A stretch of DNA of 63,703 nucleotides, taken from Candidatus Fervidifonticultor sextus (GTDB taxonomy: Bacteria; Sysuimicrobiota; Sysuimicrobiia; Sysuimicrobiales; Humicultoraceae). Shown piece by piece: positions 17,804-26,149 of the stretch. Both the position numbers and the translations under genes were made by a program. The notes below the pieces were generated by a model that saw only the letters and a program-made list of their open reading frames with translations, ran no database searches and had not been told where the DNA came from. Every line of letters starts with the position of its first letter. Positions within the stretch are counted from its first letter, which is position 1. The DNA lies in assembly GCA_031459875.1 (NCBI GenBank), contig JAVKHQ010000013.1, positions 1 through 63,703 of the forward strand, written 5' to 3'.

Positions 17804-19105
17804 ATGAGGGTTCCGCTCGTACTCCTGACGATAGCGGTCGCACTGGGATCGGTGTCCGTGGCAGCCTCACCCGGAACTTCAGGGCCCGCGCCGATTCCCC
17901 TGTGGGCCTTCGGCGGCTTCAACCTGCAGCGAACCAATTTCACCCCCAAGCCCGGAGACCTGACCGCACCGCATGTGGCGTGGCGCCTCAATTTCGAAAC
18001 GACCTCGTCGCCGGCCTCCGTGTCCCCGCCGGCCGCTGGCGATCTGGAGGGCGACGGCCAGGTGGAACTCATCTACGGGGAAGGTGTCCGGCTCGTCGCC
18101 CTGGAACGCCCATGGACCCGGCGCCGGTGGGACTTCTCCGTCATGAACATCAACGGGCTGATCCTGATGACGCCCGCCGTGGTGGATGTGGATGGCGACC
18201 GGCGCGCGGAGGTCTTCTTTGCGCCGTATCAGTCGGGGGGCGCCTCCACCTTCTTCCGGTTGAACGGCCGCGGGCAGGTCGTCTGGTCCTTCCAGGCCAG
18301 AGCGTACGCGAGCTACGCGAGCCCCGCCGTGGTCGACCTGGGCGGCGGACAGTTCACGGTGGTCTTCGCGGACACGCAGGGGACCGTCTACGCCCTCGAC
18401 GCCGCGACCGGGCGGGCCCGATGGTCCTACGTGATGGGAGGCAGTGCGGACATGAACGCGGCTGCGGTGGTGGATCTCGACCGGGACGGCAGGCGAGAGA
18501 TCATCATCGGCAACCATGGCAACGGCGCCATCCACGCCATCGACGGCGAGGGCCGGCAGCGGTGGGTCTACAACACCGGCGGGTCGATCTACGGCGTGAC
18601 CGTGGACGATGCCGACGGCGATGGGGTCCTGGAGATCTACGCCGCGGACTGGGCGGGTGCGGTCCACGCGCTGACGCCCCAGGGCCGCCTGCGGTGGACC
18701 TACCGGACCCCGGGCCCCGTGACCAGCTACAACGGGCTCGCCGTCGCCGACCTGGACCGGGACGGGACCAAGGAAATCGTCTTCGGCGTCCAGAACGGCT
18801 GGGTGGTCGCGCTGTCACCGGCCGGGCGCGCACTGTGGCAGTTCCAGCGCCGGGGGCACATCAGCGGGTCGGTGATCGTCGGGGACTTCGACCGGGACGG
18901 TCAGCTCGAGGTCGTCGCCGGCAGCCACAACGGCTTCGCCTATCTCATCGGCCCGCGCGGTCAGCCCAAGTGGGAGCACCAACTGGGCGGCCGGCTGGCC
19001 TACATGGGGATCACGGCCGAAGACCTCGACGGTGACGGCCTGGTCGAAGTCCTCATCAACAACGATGAGTTCCTCTTCGGCCTGTCGAGGCCGCCGGCGC
19101 GCTGA
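17804..19105 (+). CDS. Secreted beta-propeller protein with FG-GAP/VCBS- and PQQ-like repeats
   Basis: Signal peptide; about 8 repeats of D.D.DG..Ei..g, each followed by a G...W motif. Confidence 0.85.
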   Translation: MRVPLVLLTIAVALGSVSVAASPGTSGPAPIPLWAFGGFNLQRTNFTPKPGDLTAPHVAWRLNFETTSSPASVSPPAAGDLEGDGQVELIYGEGVRLVALERPWTRRRWDFSVMNINGLILMTPAVVDVDGDRRAEVFFAPYQSGGASTFFRLNGRGQVVWSFQARAYASYASPAVVDLGGGQFTVVFADTQGTVYALDAATGRARWSYVMGGSADMNAAAVVDLDRDGRREIIIGNHGNGAIHAIDGEGRQRWVYNTGGSIYGVTVDDADGDGVLEIYAADWAGAVHALTPQGRLRWTYRTPGPVTSYNGLAVADLDRDGTKEIVFGVQNGWVVALSPAGRALWQFQRRGHISGSVIVGDFDRDGQLEVVAGSHNGFAYLIGPRGQPKWEHQLGGRLAYMGITAEDLDGDGLVEVLINNDEFLFGLSRPPAR

Positions 19106-19134
19106 TCGCCCGTCCTCCCGGAAGCGGATGGGGC

Positions 19135-19869
19135 TCAGGATGCCGGCGGGGGGCGGTCGGGCGGGACGAGGCGCCCGTCCAGTACGCGCCAGACGCCCTG
19201 GCGGACGGCTTCCCGGTCTGCCTCCGGCGTGATCTCATGGCCGGCCACGGCCGCGACGACGGGGAGATCGCCAAGACGCGCCAGCGTCCTGGCGCGGCGC
19301 GACGCCCGGTCCACGTCCGTGGAATCCACGATGGAGGAGATTTCCGCCAGCAGGAAGGCGTCGACTCCGCGGTCGCGGAGCCGCCCGCAGGCCACCAGAT
19401 CGGTCAGCAGCAGGTCCTCGTGGTCGGAGATGGAGATGAGGCCGCGGGCCTCGGCGTCGGCGGCCAGCCGTTCCAGTTCGTCCCTGGGCACCGATCGAAT
19501 CCCGAGCATGAGGCGCTGGAAGTACCCCGCGGCCTTCTCGCGGTACCGGATCTCGAGCAATTCGCCCTTCAGGTCGCCGACCACGCCCACCAGCCGGTTC
19601 ACCTGGCCGATGAGTTGCTCCAGCCGGGCCTCCGTCTGGGCCTGGGCCCTGGCGACCTCTTCCAGCCGCGCCTCGGTGCGCCGCTGGGCCTCGGCCAGTT
19701 GCTCAACCCGCGCCTCGGTGCGCCGCTGGGCCTCGGCCAGTTGTTCGACGCGTTCGGCGAGCCGGTCGAGGCGCGCGGTGAGCGCAGCCAGGTTGGCCTC
19801 GGTGCGGGCCTGGGCGTCAGCCAGGCGTTGCAGAGCCGCTTCAAGCCGGTCGACACGCGCGTCTACCAT
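19135..19869 (-). CDS. Coiled-coil repeat protein with a possible PD-(D/E)XK-like C-terminal domain
   Basis: Heptad repeats (EQLAEAQRRTEARV), then GELLE..Y, DLVACG, LAEISS..D..DV.RA. Confidence 0.75.
   Translation of the reverse strand: MVDARVDRLEAALQRLADAQARTEANLAALTARLDRLAERVEQLAEAQRRTEARVEQLAEAQRRTEARLEEVARAQAQTEARLEQLIGQVNRLVGVVGDLKGELLEIRYREKAAGYFQRLMLGIRSVPRDELERLAADAEARGLISISDHEDLLLTDLVACGRLRDRGVDAFLLAEISSIVDSTDVDRASRRARTLARLGDLPVVAAVAGHEITPEADREAVRQGVWRVLDGRLVPPDRPPPAS
19666..19743. repeat. Two identical 36-bp direct repeats at 42-bp period (14-aa coiled-coil unit)
   Basis: CCGCGCCTCGGTGCGCCGCTGGGCCTCGGCCAGTTG at 19666-19701 and 19708-19743, with degenerate copies on both sides. Confidence 0.9.
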
Positions 19870-19968
19870 GGCGGTGGCCCTTCCCTTCTGTGCTCGATCC
19901 TACCAGGAGGCGGCTTCACCGGTCCATGGATCTGTCGACGGCGGAGGGGAGCAGCGGGTCGAGACCAG

Positions 19969-20646
19969 TCAGGTGGGGAACGATCGGTCGCGCAGGTAGG
20001 AAATCACCGCAGCCAGCAGCACGACGTACAGCGCCGCCACGCCCAGGTACTGCGCCGGCCTGGGCAGGGCGAAGAGCCGCGCGAACGGGCGCGTCAGGGC
20101 CCGGGGGACGTATGGGATGATGAAGGGAACCCGGTCCCGGTAGGCCCGGTACTGCTCCCCGAACCGCCGTTCGTTCTCGCCCTCCTCGTGAATCATCAGG
20201 GCCAGGTAGGTGCACACGGCCGTCACCAGGGCCACGACCGCGATGGGGCGTGCCCCCAGCAGCGAGAACCCGGTCAATCCCAGGAAGATGCCCAGATACT
20301 GGGGATGCCGCACCACGGCATAGGGGCCGGTGGTGACCAGTCCCACCCGCTTCCTGACGGCGTAGAAGTAGACGTACGACGCCATGAAGATGAGAAACCC
20401 CACCACGATGAGCCCCCACCCCACGTCGAAGAGGAGCGCCCGGAGGTCCCTGGACATCCAGATGGTGTGGGTGACCAGCCACCTGGTCTGGGGAAACAGG
20501 ACGAACGGCGTCCACGGCGAGTAGATGGCGACGAACATCCCCACCGGCAGGAACATCCCGCCCTGGATGGCGAGGACGAGGACCGGCGAGGCGATGATGA
20601 CCGGGATGGCGACGAGCACGGATCGGAGGACTTTGCGGATCTTCAT
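19969..20646 (-). CDS. Isoprenylcysteine carboxylmethyltransferase / PEMT-family membrane protein
   Basis: LVTTGPYAVVRHPQYLG and EE..N.RRFGEQY.AY..RVP motifs; start MKIRK at 20646. Confidence 0.85.
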   Translation of the reverse strand: MKIRKVLRSVLVAIPVIIASPVLVLAIQGGMFLPVGMFVAIYSPWTPFVLFPQTRWLVTHTIWMSRDLRALLFDVGWGLIVVGFLIFMASYVYFYAVRKRVGLVTTGPYAVVRHPQYLGIFLGLTGFSLLGARPIAVVALVTAVCTYLALMIHEEGENERRFGEQYRAYRDRVPFIIPYVPRALTRPFARLFALPRPAQYLGVAALYVVLLAAVISYLRDRSFPT

Positions 20647-20849
20647 CGACCGGATCACCTGGGTGAGAGCTGCGTTGCGACGGTCGAATATTCGGCTGTG
20701 CCCGCCGCATTCCCTCCGCCGCCTGACAGAGACCACCGCGGCCCGGGCCCGCGTGGGAGGCCGTCCGGCCCGGAGGAGGAGTCTAGGGGCGGGCGTCGAA
20801 GGGAAAAATAAACAGTAGTTGCCGGACGCTGCCGCCCGTTGCCGGACTC

Positions 20850-20879
20850 TTGTCGAGACTGGGCGGGGTGTGGTACGGT
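20850..20879 (+). promoter_or_regulatory. Putative sigma70 promoter for the SLH/OmpM gene
   Basis: TTGTCG-N18-TACGGT with TGn before the -10. Confidence 0.45.
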
Positions 20880-21127
20880 TGTGCAAGGCGGCGACACCAC
20901 TCCGCGTCGCCGCGCCCAAGAGTCCAGCAACGAGCGTCACCCGTTGCCGCGCCCAGAGGCGACCGGCACCCGACCGGAAAGGAGGGGTGTGTGCGGTGGG
21001 TCGGGGACGGCGGCGGCGGGATGAAGGGCCGAACGGACGGGTCACGAGGAAGAGGAAACACGCACACTCGTTCCGCTGGCCTCGTCTTGCGACGCCCACC
21101 AACACACGAAAGGGGACGAGACCAACG

Positions 21128-22876
21128 ATGAAGCAGCTGGCTGTGGTGCTCGCCGCAGTGCTGTCGCTCACGCTGGTCGCCCCGGCCCTGGCACAGCCCT
21201 TCGCGGACGTGCCCACGGATCACTGGGCGTACGACGCGATCGCTGAGCTGGCGGCCAAGGGACTCGTCGAGGGCTACCCCGACGGGGCCTTCAGGGGCGA
21301 TCGGGCCATGACCCGCTATGAGATGGCCATGGTCGTCGCGCGCCTGCTGGCGCGGATCGAGGCCATCAAGATCCCACCGCTCCCTCCGGATCTGGTCCGG
21401 AGGGCTGAACTAACGAAGACCGACGCGGCCACCCGCGCGGCGCTGACGGCCGTCGACAAGCGCCTCACCGCCAAACTGGCCACCATCCAGCGGCTCGTGG
21501 CCGAGTTCCGGGCCGAACTGGCGGCGCTGGGCGTCCGGGTGACCGCAGTCGAGGAAGAGCTGGCCGCCCTGCGGGGACGGCTCGACCACGTCAAGGTCAC
21601 CGGTGACATGCGGTACCGGTACAACGTCTTCCCGTCCAACACCCCCAGCGGCAGCGCCACGGTGCGCAGCCCTGACGCCCGCCTGCGAGGCCGCCTGACC
21701 TTCACCAGCCAGCCGACGGCCAACCCGAACGTCACGGCCGTCATCCGGCTCCGGGCGGACAACACCGCCGGGTCGGGGCCCGGGGGTATTGCCGACACCC
21801 GCTTCGGCAACACGCTGGTCTTCCAGACCGTGTCGTTCGACCTGATGTACCTCGACGTCCGGAACACCTGGGGCGCGGACCTCTGGCGGATCGGCCGGCA
21901 GGCGTACTCGATCGCGCCCTACGGGTTCGGCGGCGGCCTGCTCTTCGATCCGGGTAACAGCGCCGGCGCGGTCATCGGCTTCACGTCCGGGGTGAACGAC
22001 GGCCTGCGCAGCAACTGGACGTTCGGGCCGATCAAGCTCGAGGTGGGGCTGTGGCGGGACAACCTGCTCTTCGCGTGCCCAAGCCCTCCGGGCATTACCA
22101 CCACGGGCCTCTGTACGCAATCCCGCTACTGGGACTACAAGACCGTCCGCGCGACGACCACGGCCCTGCTGCCGGGGTGGACGCTGGGCGGGACCTACTA
22201 CGACCAGGGGCAGTTCAACCCCTCAGATCTCTCGACGTTCTTCGCCGTCGGCCGGGGCTGGGGCGCCGATTTGAGCGGCACGCTGATCCCGGGCGTGACG
22301 CTCTACATCGACTGGGCGTCCTACACGGCGCGGTGGGAGAACACCGCCGCCACCCTCGTCACGTACCCGGCCGCCACGGCCTGGCGCGTCGGCGGGCGGG
22401 TCGACCTGGAGCGGGTCGCCGGTATTTCGACCTGGAGCCCCATGCTCGACTGGGCGTACCAGAACTACGGCCCCATGCCGTTTGACGCGGGCACCGGACT
22501 CGTGGCGACCCCGCCGTTTTACACCTACGGGACCACGGTCTTCGGGCAGGTCTATGCCTGGAACATGCGCGGCTGGGTGGGTCGGCTGAGCCTGACGTTG
22601 AGCCCGCGCACCAGCTTCTTCGCGCACTACGAGGGCGGCACCGTGCTGACCTCTGTTCCCGGCACCGTGGAGACGTCCTACTACGAGTGGTGGCTCCGCC
22701 TCACCCACAGGCTGTCTGCCAACCTCACCGGCTACATCCAGTACACCAAGGGCCACTGCGATCGGCCGGCGGCCGGTCCCGCTCCCGTCAACCCGAACTG
22801 TCCCGGGAGCACCACCCCGGCGTTCTTCGGCGATATCTTCAACTTCTACCGTGCTGAGCTGACCTACTCCTGGTAA
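21128..22876 (+). CDS. SLH-domain outer-membrane protein (OmpM-like: SLH + coiled coil + beta-barrel)
   Basis: Signal peptide; FADVPTDHWAYDAI..L...G.VEGYPDG.F.G...TRYEMA SLH domain; coiled coil ending KVTGDMRYRY; beta-rich C-terminal region ending FYRAELTYSW. Confidence 0.9.
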   Translation: MKQLAVVLAAVLSLTLVAPALAQPFADVPTDHWAYDAIAELAAKGLVEGYPDGAFRGDRAMTRYEMAMVVARLLARIEAIKIPPLPPDLVRRAELTKTDAATRAALTAVDKRLTAKLATIQRLVAEFRAELAALGVRVTAVEEELAALRGRLDHVKVTGDMRYRYNVFPSNTPSGSATVRSPDARLRGRLTFTSQPTANPNVTAVIRLRADNTAGSGPGGIADTRFGNTLVFQTVSFDLMYLDVRNTWGADLWRIGRQAYSIAPYGFGGGLLFDPGNSAGAVIGFTSGVNDGLRSNWTFGPIKLEVGLWRDNLLFACPSPPGITTTGLCTQSRYWDYKTVRATTTALLPGWTLGGTYYDQGQFNPSDLSTFFAVGRGWGADLSGTLIPGVTLYIDWASYTARWENTAATLVTYPAATAWRVGGRVDLERVAGISTWSPMLDWAYQNYGPMPFDAGTGLVATPPFYTYGTTVFGQVYAWNMRGWVGRLSLTLSPRTSFFAHYEGGTVLTSVPGTVETSYYEWWLRLTHRLSANLTGYIQYTKGHCDRPAAGPAPVNPNCPGSTTPAFFGDIFNFYRAELTYSW

Positions 22877-22899
22877 CAGGTCGGCAGCTCTCTCTTTTG

Positions 22900-22935
22900 G
22901 CCCCCGGGAGCAGACCCTCCCGGGGGCTTCGTTTC
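22900..22935 (+). terminator. Intrinsic terminator after the SLH gene
   Basis: Perfect 11-bp stem GCCCCCGGGAG/CTCCCGGGGGC followed by TTCGTTTC. Confidence 0.8.
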
Positions 22936-22979
22936 GTGTAGAATGGGCCGGGAGATCGCAGAGGACGTGGAGGGGATAG

Positions 22980-23255
22980 ATGATGCTCAAGGTGCTTGCG
23001 GTGGTCGCGCTTCTGTCCGCGGCGCAGATCATTCCGTCCTGCGACCGCGGCGAGGCGTCGTCGGACCGGCCGCCGGTGGTCATCGGGTACGTCATGGAGA
23101 AACGGACGAACCCCCAGGAGACCCTGCCCTGGCTGATCGTCATCAACCACATCGAGTACGGGGTCACCTACGACTTCTGGCTGGCCGTCGGGGTGGGCGA
23201 CCTGGTCAAGTACGACGGCGAGCAGTGGACGATCCTGCGCAAGGCCCGCCGGTGA
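22980..23255 (+). CDS. Small exported hypothetical protein (possible lipoprotein)
   Basis: GGAGGGG RBS, TAGAAT at 22939, hydrophobic N-terminus ending IIPSC. Confidence 0.7.
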   Translation: MMLKVLAVVALLSAAQIIPSCDRGEASSDRPPVVIGYVMEKRTNPQETLPWLIVINHIEYGVTYDFWLAVGVGDLVKYDGEQWTILRKARR

Positions 23256-23274
23256 CCGCCGCAGGCCGTCGCTG

Positions 23275-23667
23275 ATGGAGCGCAGCCGGGACTGGATGGC
23301 CTCGGCGGCCGCCGATCTCGAACACGCGCGCAGCGACCGGGATCGCGGATTTCACAACTGGGCGTGCTTCTCCGCCCAGCAGGCAGCCGAAAAAGCCGTC
23401 AAGGCCGTCTTTCAGAAAATGGGTGCGGAGGCGTGGGGGCATTCCATTGCCGACCTGCTCGGCGAACTGAACAACCACTACGAGGTCCCCCCGTCCCTGG
23501 TCGACCGTGCCCTCGAACTCGACAAAGCCTACATCCCGACCCGCTATCCCAACGCGCATCCGTCCGGGACTCCCGGGGACCGCTATACGAAGGAGGAAGC
23601 CAGAAGGCTCATTGAACATGCCGAAGCGATCCTCGCCTTCTGTCAGGATCTCCTATCCCAAGTATAG
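23275..23667 (+). CDS. HEPN domain protein (toxin of a HEPN-MNT pair)
   Basis: WACFSAQQAAEKAVKA, GHSI, YIPTRYPNAH (Rx4H). Confidence 0.9.
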   Translation: MERSRDWMASAAADLEHARSDRDRGFHNWACFSAQQAAEKAVKAVFQKMGAEAWGHSIADLLGELNNHYEVPPSLVDRALELDKAYIPTRYPNAHPSGTPGDRYTKEEARRLIEHAEAILAFCQDLLSQV

Positions 23668-23989
23668 CCGGGAGCAGCTCCTCGACCGGTTACGCGAGCG
23701 CCTGCCTGCGCTGGACCGGCAGCTTCCGCTCGTGCGCGTGGTCCTGTTTGGATCCTGGGCGGTCGGCCGGCACACGGTAGCCAGCGATGTGGATCTCTTG
23801 GTCGTGTACAGGGGCGAGGGGCGGGAGGACGCGTTCGCGGTCGTGAAGACCACGCTGGCGATCCCGGGCCTGGAGCCCCACGTATACCCGGAGCAAGAGG
23901 CTGCAGTGATCAGGGATCGGCTGGCCCGCATGACCGCGGGCGGCGTCGTGCTCTTTCCCGCCGATACGGCCACCAGGGGCCCTCGATAG
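23618..23989 (+). CDS. Minimal nucleotidyltransferase (MNT)
   Basis: LFGSWAVG.....SDVDLLVV; overlaps HEPN by 50 nt. Confidence 0.88.
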   Translation: MPKRSSPSVRISYPKYSREQLLDRLRERLPALDRQLPLVRVVLFGSWAVGRHTVASDVDLLVVYRGEGREDAFAVVKTTLAIPGLEPHVYPEQEAAVIRDRLARMTAGGVVLFPADTATRGPR

Positions 23990-24057
23990 TCCCCCGGGAC
24001 CCGAAGCCCGCTCCGCACAGCGCGAGGGCAATTCGGGAGGCAATTTATGCATCGTTA

Positions 24058-24091
24058 TTGACCACATCGAAGAGAATGATGTATATTCGAT
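24058..24091 (+). promoter_or_regulatory. Promoter/operator of the first RHH-PIN TA pair
   Basis: TTGACC-N18-TATATT; inverted repeats ACATC/GATGT (24064/24078) and ATCGAA/TTCGAT (24066/24086). Confidence 0.65.
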
Positions 24092-24094
24092 AAG

Positions 24095-24370
24095 GTGCTA
24101 GAAGCCACCGTGAAAAAGAAGCCCGTTCAAATCTACCTGGAGGAGCGCCAGCATCGCGTGCTGCGGGAGATTGCGCGTCGCCGCAAGGTCTCCCTTGCCC
24201 GTCTCCTGCGGGAAGGAGCGGACCGGGTGATCGAGGAGTCCCTGCCTCCTGATGCCGACCCCTTGATGGAGTTGCCTGCCCTGGCCGTCCCCGGCGGGCC
24301 GCGCGACGGAGCCGAGCGCCACGATGCCTACCTCATCCGGGCGCAGCGTCCCCGAGGCCGCCGACGCTAG
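24095..24370 (+). CDS. Ribbon-helix-helix (CopG-like) antitoxin
   Basis: QIYLEE.Q...L...ARRRKVS.A.L.REG; upstream of a PIN gene. Confidence 0.82.
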   Translation: MLEATVKKKPVQIYLEERQHRVLREIARRRKVSLARLLREGADRVIEESLPPDADPLMELPALAVPGGPRDGAERHDAYLIRAQRPRGRRR

Positions 24371-24788
24371 GATCTTCGTGGACACCGGGGGGTGGATCGC
24401 CCTCCTCTCCCGGGCCGATGCCCACCACGCGCAAGCAGCGGCGGCCTGGCCCGGGATCCTGCGCCGTTTCCGCCACCTCGTCGTCACCAACTTGGTGGTC
24501 GCCGAGAGCTACACGTTCCTTCGCCACAAAGTGGGGTTCGACGCGGCCTGGACGTTGCTGGATCGACTCCAGGCCACCCCGCGACTTGAACTCGTCTACG
24601 CTGATGCGGAGCTGGAGGGCGATGCCCGGGCGCTGTTGCGGCAGTACCGGGATCACGCCTTCTCCTACGCTGACGCGGTCAGCTTTGCCACCATGAAGAA
24701 CAGAGGCATCGCGTACGTCTTTGGATTCGACCGGCACTTCCTCACGGCCGGGTTCGAGCTGGTCCCTCCGGGCCCGGCTTCCAGATGA
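24324..24788 (+). CDS. VapC-family PIN toxin
   Basis: IFVDTGGWIAL, VVAES, SYADAVSF, FGFDRHF. Confidence 0.9.
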   Translation: MPTSSGRSVPEAADARIFVDTGGWIALLSRADAHHAQAAAAWPGILRRFRHLVVTNLVVAESYTFLRHKVGFDAAWTLLDRLQATPRLELVYADAELEGDARALLRQYRDHAFSYADAVSFATMKNRGIAYVFGFDRHFLTAGFELVPPGPASR

Positions 24789-24796
24789 TCACGGGG

Positions 24797-24824
24797 TTGC
24801 GGTGGGGCGCGTCTGCGCTAGAAT
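24797..24824 (+). promoter_or_regulatory. Putative pyrD promoter
   Basis: TTGCGG-N16-TAGAAT. Confidence 0.6.
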
Positions 24825-24838
24825 GAGAGCGAGGCGCC

Positions 24839-24872
24839 GCCTTTAAGTCTGGTCCTGCGAGGCCGGAAAGGA
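24839..24872 (+). promoter_or_regulatory. PyrR binding loop overlapping the pyrD Shine-Dalgarno
   Basis: CCTTTAA-GTCT-GGTCCTGCGAGGCC-GGAAAGG matches the UUUAA + RUCCNGNGAGGY PyrR consensus. Confidence 0.85.
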
Positions 24873-24879
24873 AGGCACG

Positions 24880-25842
24880 TTGCCCGTACCCGAGTCCACC
24901 ACTACGACAGACCTGTCGCTCAGCGTCACCCTGGCCGGCATCGCGTTTCCGACGCCCGTCCTGTCGGCCCCCGGACCGCTGGAGTTTGGCCGGCAGGTGC
25001 AGGCGGCCTACGACCTGCGGGCCTTTGGCGGGTTCATCACCAAGTCGGTGACCCTCGAGCCGCGCGAGGGGCACCCCGGCCCTCACACAGTGAAGACCGC
25101 CGCCGGGTGGTTGAACGCCGTGGGGCTGCGCAATCCCGGGGTCGCCGGATTCATCGCGCGGGACCTGCCGTTCCTGCGCACGCTCGACCGCCCCATCATC
25201 GTCAGCATCGCCGGCCACCGCATCGAGGAGTATGCGGCCACTGCCGAGATCCTCAGCGGGGAACCCGGGATCGCGGGGGTGGAGGTCAACGTCTCGTGTC
25301 CCAACGTCGCCGACGGCCTCCACTTCGGGGTCGATCCCCGCCGCACGCGGGCGCTGGTGGCCGCCGTCCGTCGTCGCACCCGGCTGCCGCTGTTTGTCAA
25401 GCTCTCGCCCAACGTGACCGACATCGTTGCCATCGCGCAGGCGGCGGCCTCAGCCGGCGCCGACGGGCTCTCGTTGATCAACACCCTGCACGGCCTGGCC
25501 GTGGACGCCCATACGCGCCGCCCCAGGCTGGGCGCCGGGATCGGCGGGTTGTCGGGACCGGCGATCAAGCCCGTGGCGCTCCGGATGGTGTGGGCGGTCG
25601 CCCGCGCCGTGCGGCGGCCCATCATCGGCATGGGCGGGATCGCCACCGGTGAGGACGCCGTGGAGTTCTTGCTTTGCGGCGCGCATGCGGTGGGGGTGGC
25701 CTCCGCGGTGATCGAGCACCCCCGCGCCGCGGAGGAGATCACCGAGGGGCTCCGGGCGTATCTGCTGGCCCACGGGATCCGGCGGGTCTCAGAGCTCGCC
25801 GGGGCGCTTGAAGGTCTCGCGGAGTCGGGTCACGATGTATAA
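24880..25842 (+). CDS. pyrD: Dihydroorotate dehydrogenase (family 1, catalytic subunit)
   Basis: TKSVT, LNAVGL.NPG, NVSCPN, KLSPN, INT, GGLSGPAIKP, GMGGI. Confidence 0.93.
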   Translation: MPVPESTTTTDLSLSVTLAGIAFPTPVLSAPGPLEFGRQVQAAYDLRAFGGFITKSVTLEPREGHPGPHTVKTAAGWLNAVGLRNPGVAGFIARDLPFLRTLDRPIIVSIAGHRIEEYAATAEILSGEPGIAGVEVNVSCPNVADGLHFGVDPRRTRALVAAVRRRTRLPLFVKLSPNVTDIVAIAQAAASAGADGLSLINTLHGLAVDAHTRRPRLGAGIGGLSGPAIKPVALRMVWAVARAVRRPIIGMGGIATGEDAVEFLLCGAHAVGVASAVIEHPRAAEEITEGLRAYLLAHGIRRVSELAGALEGLAESGHDV

Positions 25843-25873
25843 TATGCTGTATAGCACGATGGGGTGTGATGGC

Positions 25874-26149
25874 ATGGCCCGGAAGGTGCGTAAGCAGGTG
25901 TACATTGAGGATGCTCAGGAGCGGCAGCTCAAGCAACGGGCCCGCGCGCTCAAGGTTCGGGAATCAGACCTGATCCGAAAAGGGCTGGATCTCGTCCTTC
26001 GCCAGCAGAGTCTCGGGCAACCTGATCGCAGAGCGTGGAAGGCTGAGCTGGACTTCATCAGGTCACGAGCGGCGCTCCCCGCGGGTTCGGGAAAGCGGAC
26101 GTGGTCGCGCGAGGAACTCTATGAGGAGCGCCTGTCTCGTCGACACTAA
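25874..26149 (+). CDS. Ribbon-helix-helix antitoxin
   Basis: RKQVYIE..Q.R.LK.RA..L...ESDLIR.GLD and WSREELY C-terminus; TATAAT at 25838. Confidence 0.82.
   Translation: MARKVRKQVYIEDAQERQLKQRARALKVRESDLIRKGLDLVLRQQSLGQPDRRAWKAELDFIRSRAALPAGSGKRTWSREELYEERLSRRH

Noticed and set aside
19600..19830. Possible CRISPR array (36-bp repeats)
   Set aside because: Only 6-nt spacers, in-frame coding repeats, no cas genes
20819..21127. 103-aa N-terminal extension of the SLH protein
   Set aside because: The signal peptide and RBS begin at 21128; the region reads better as promoter plus leader
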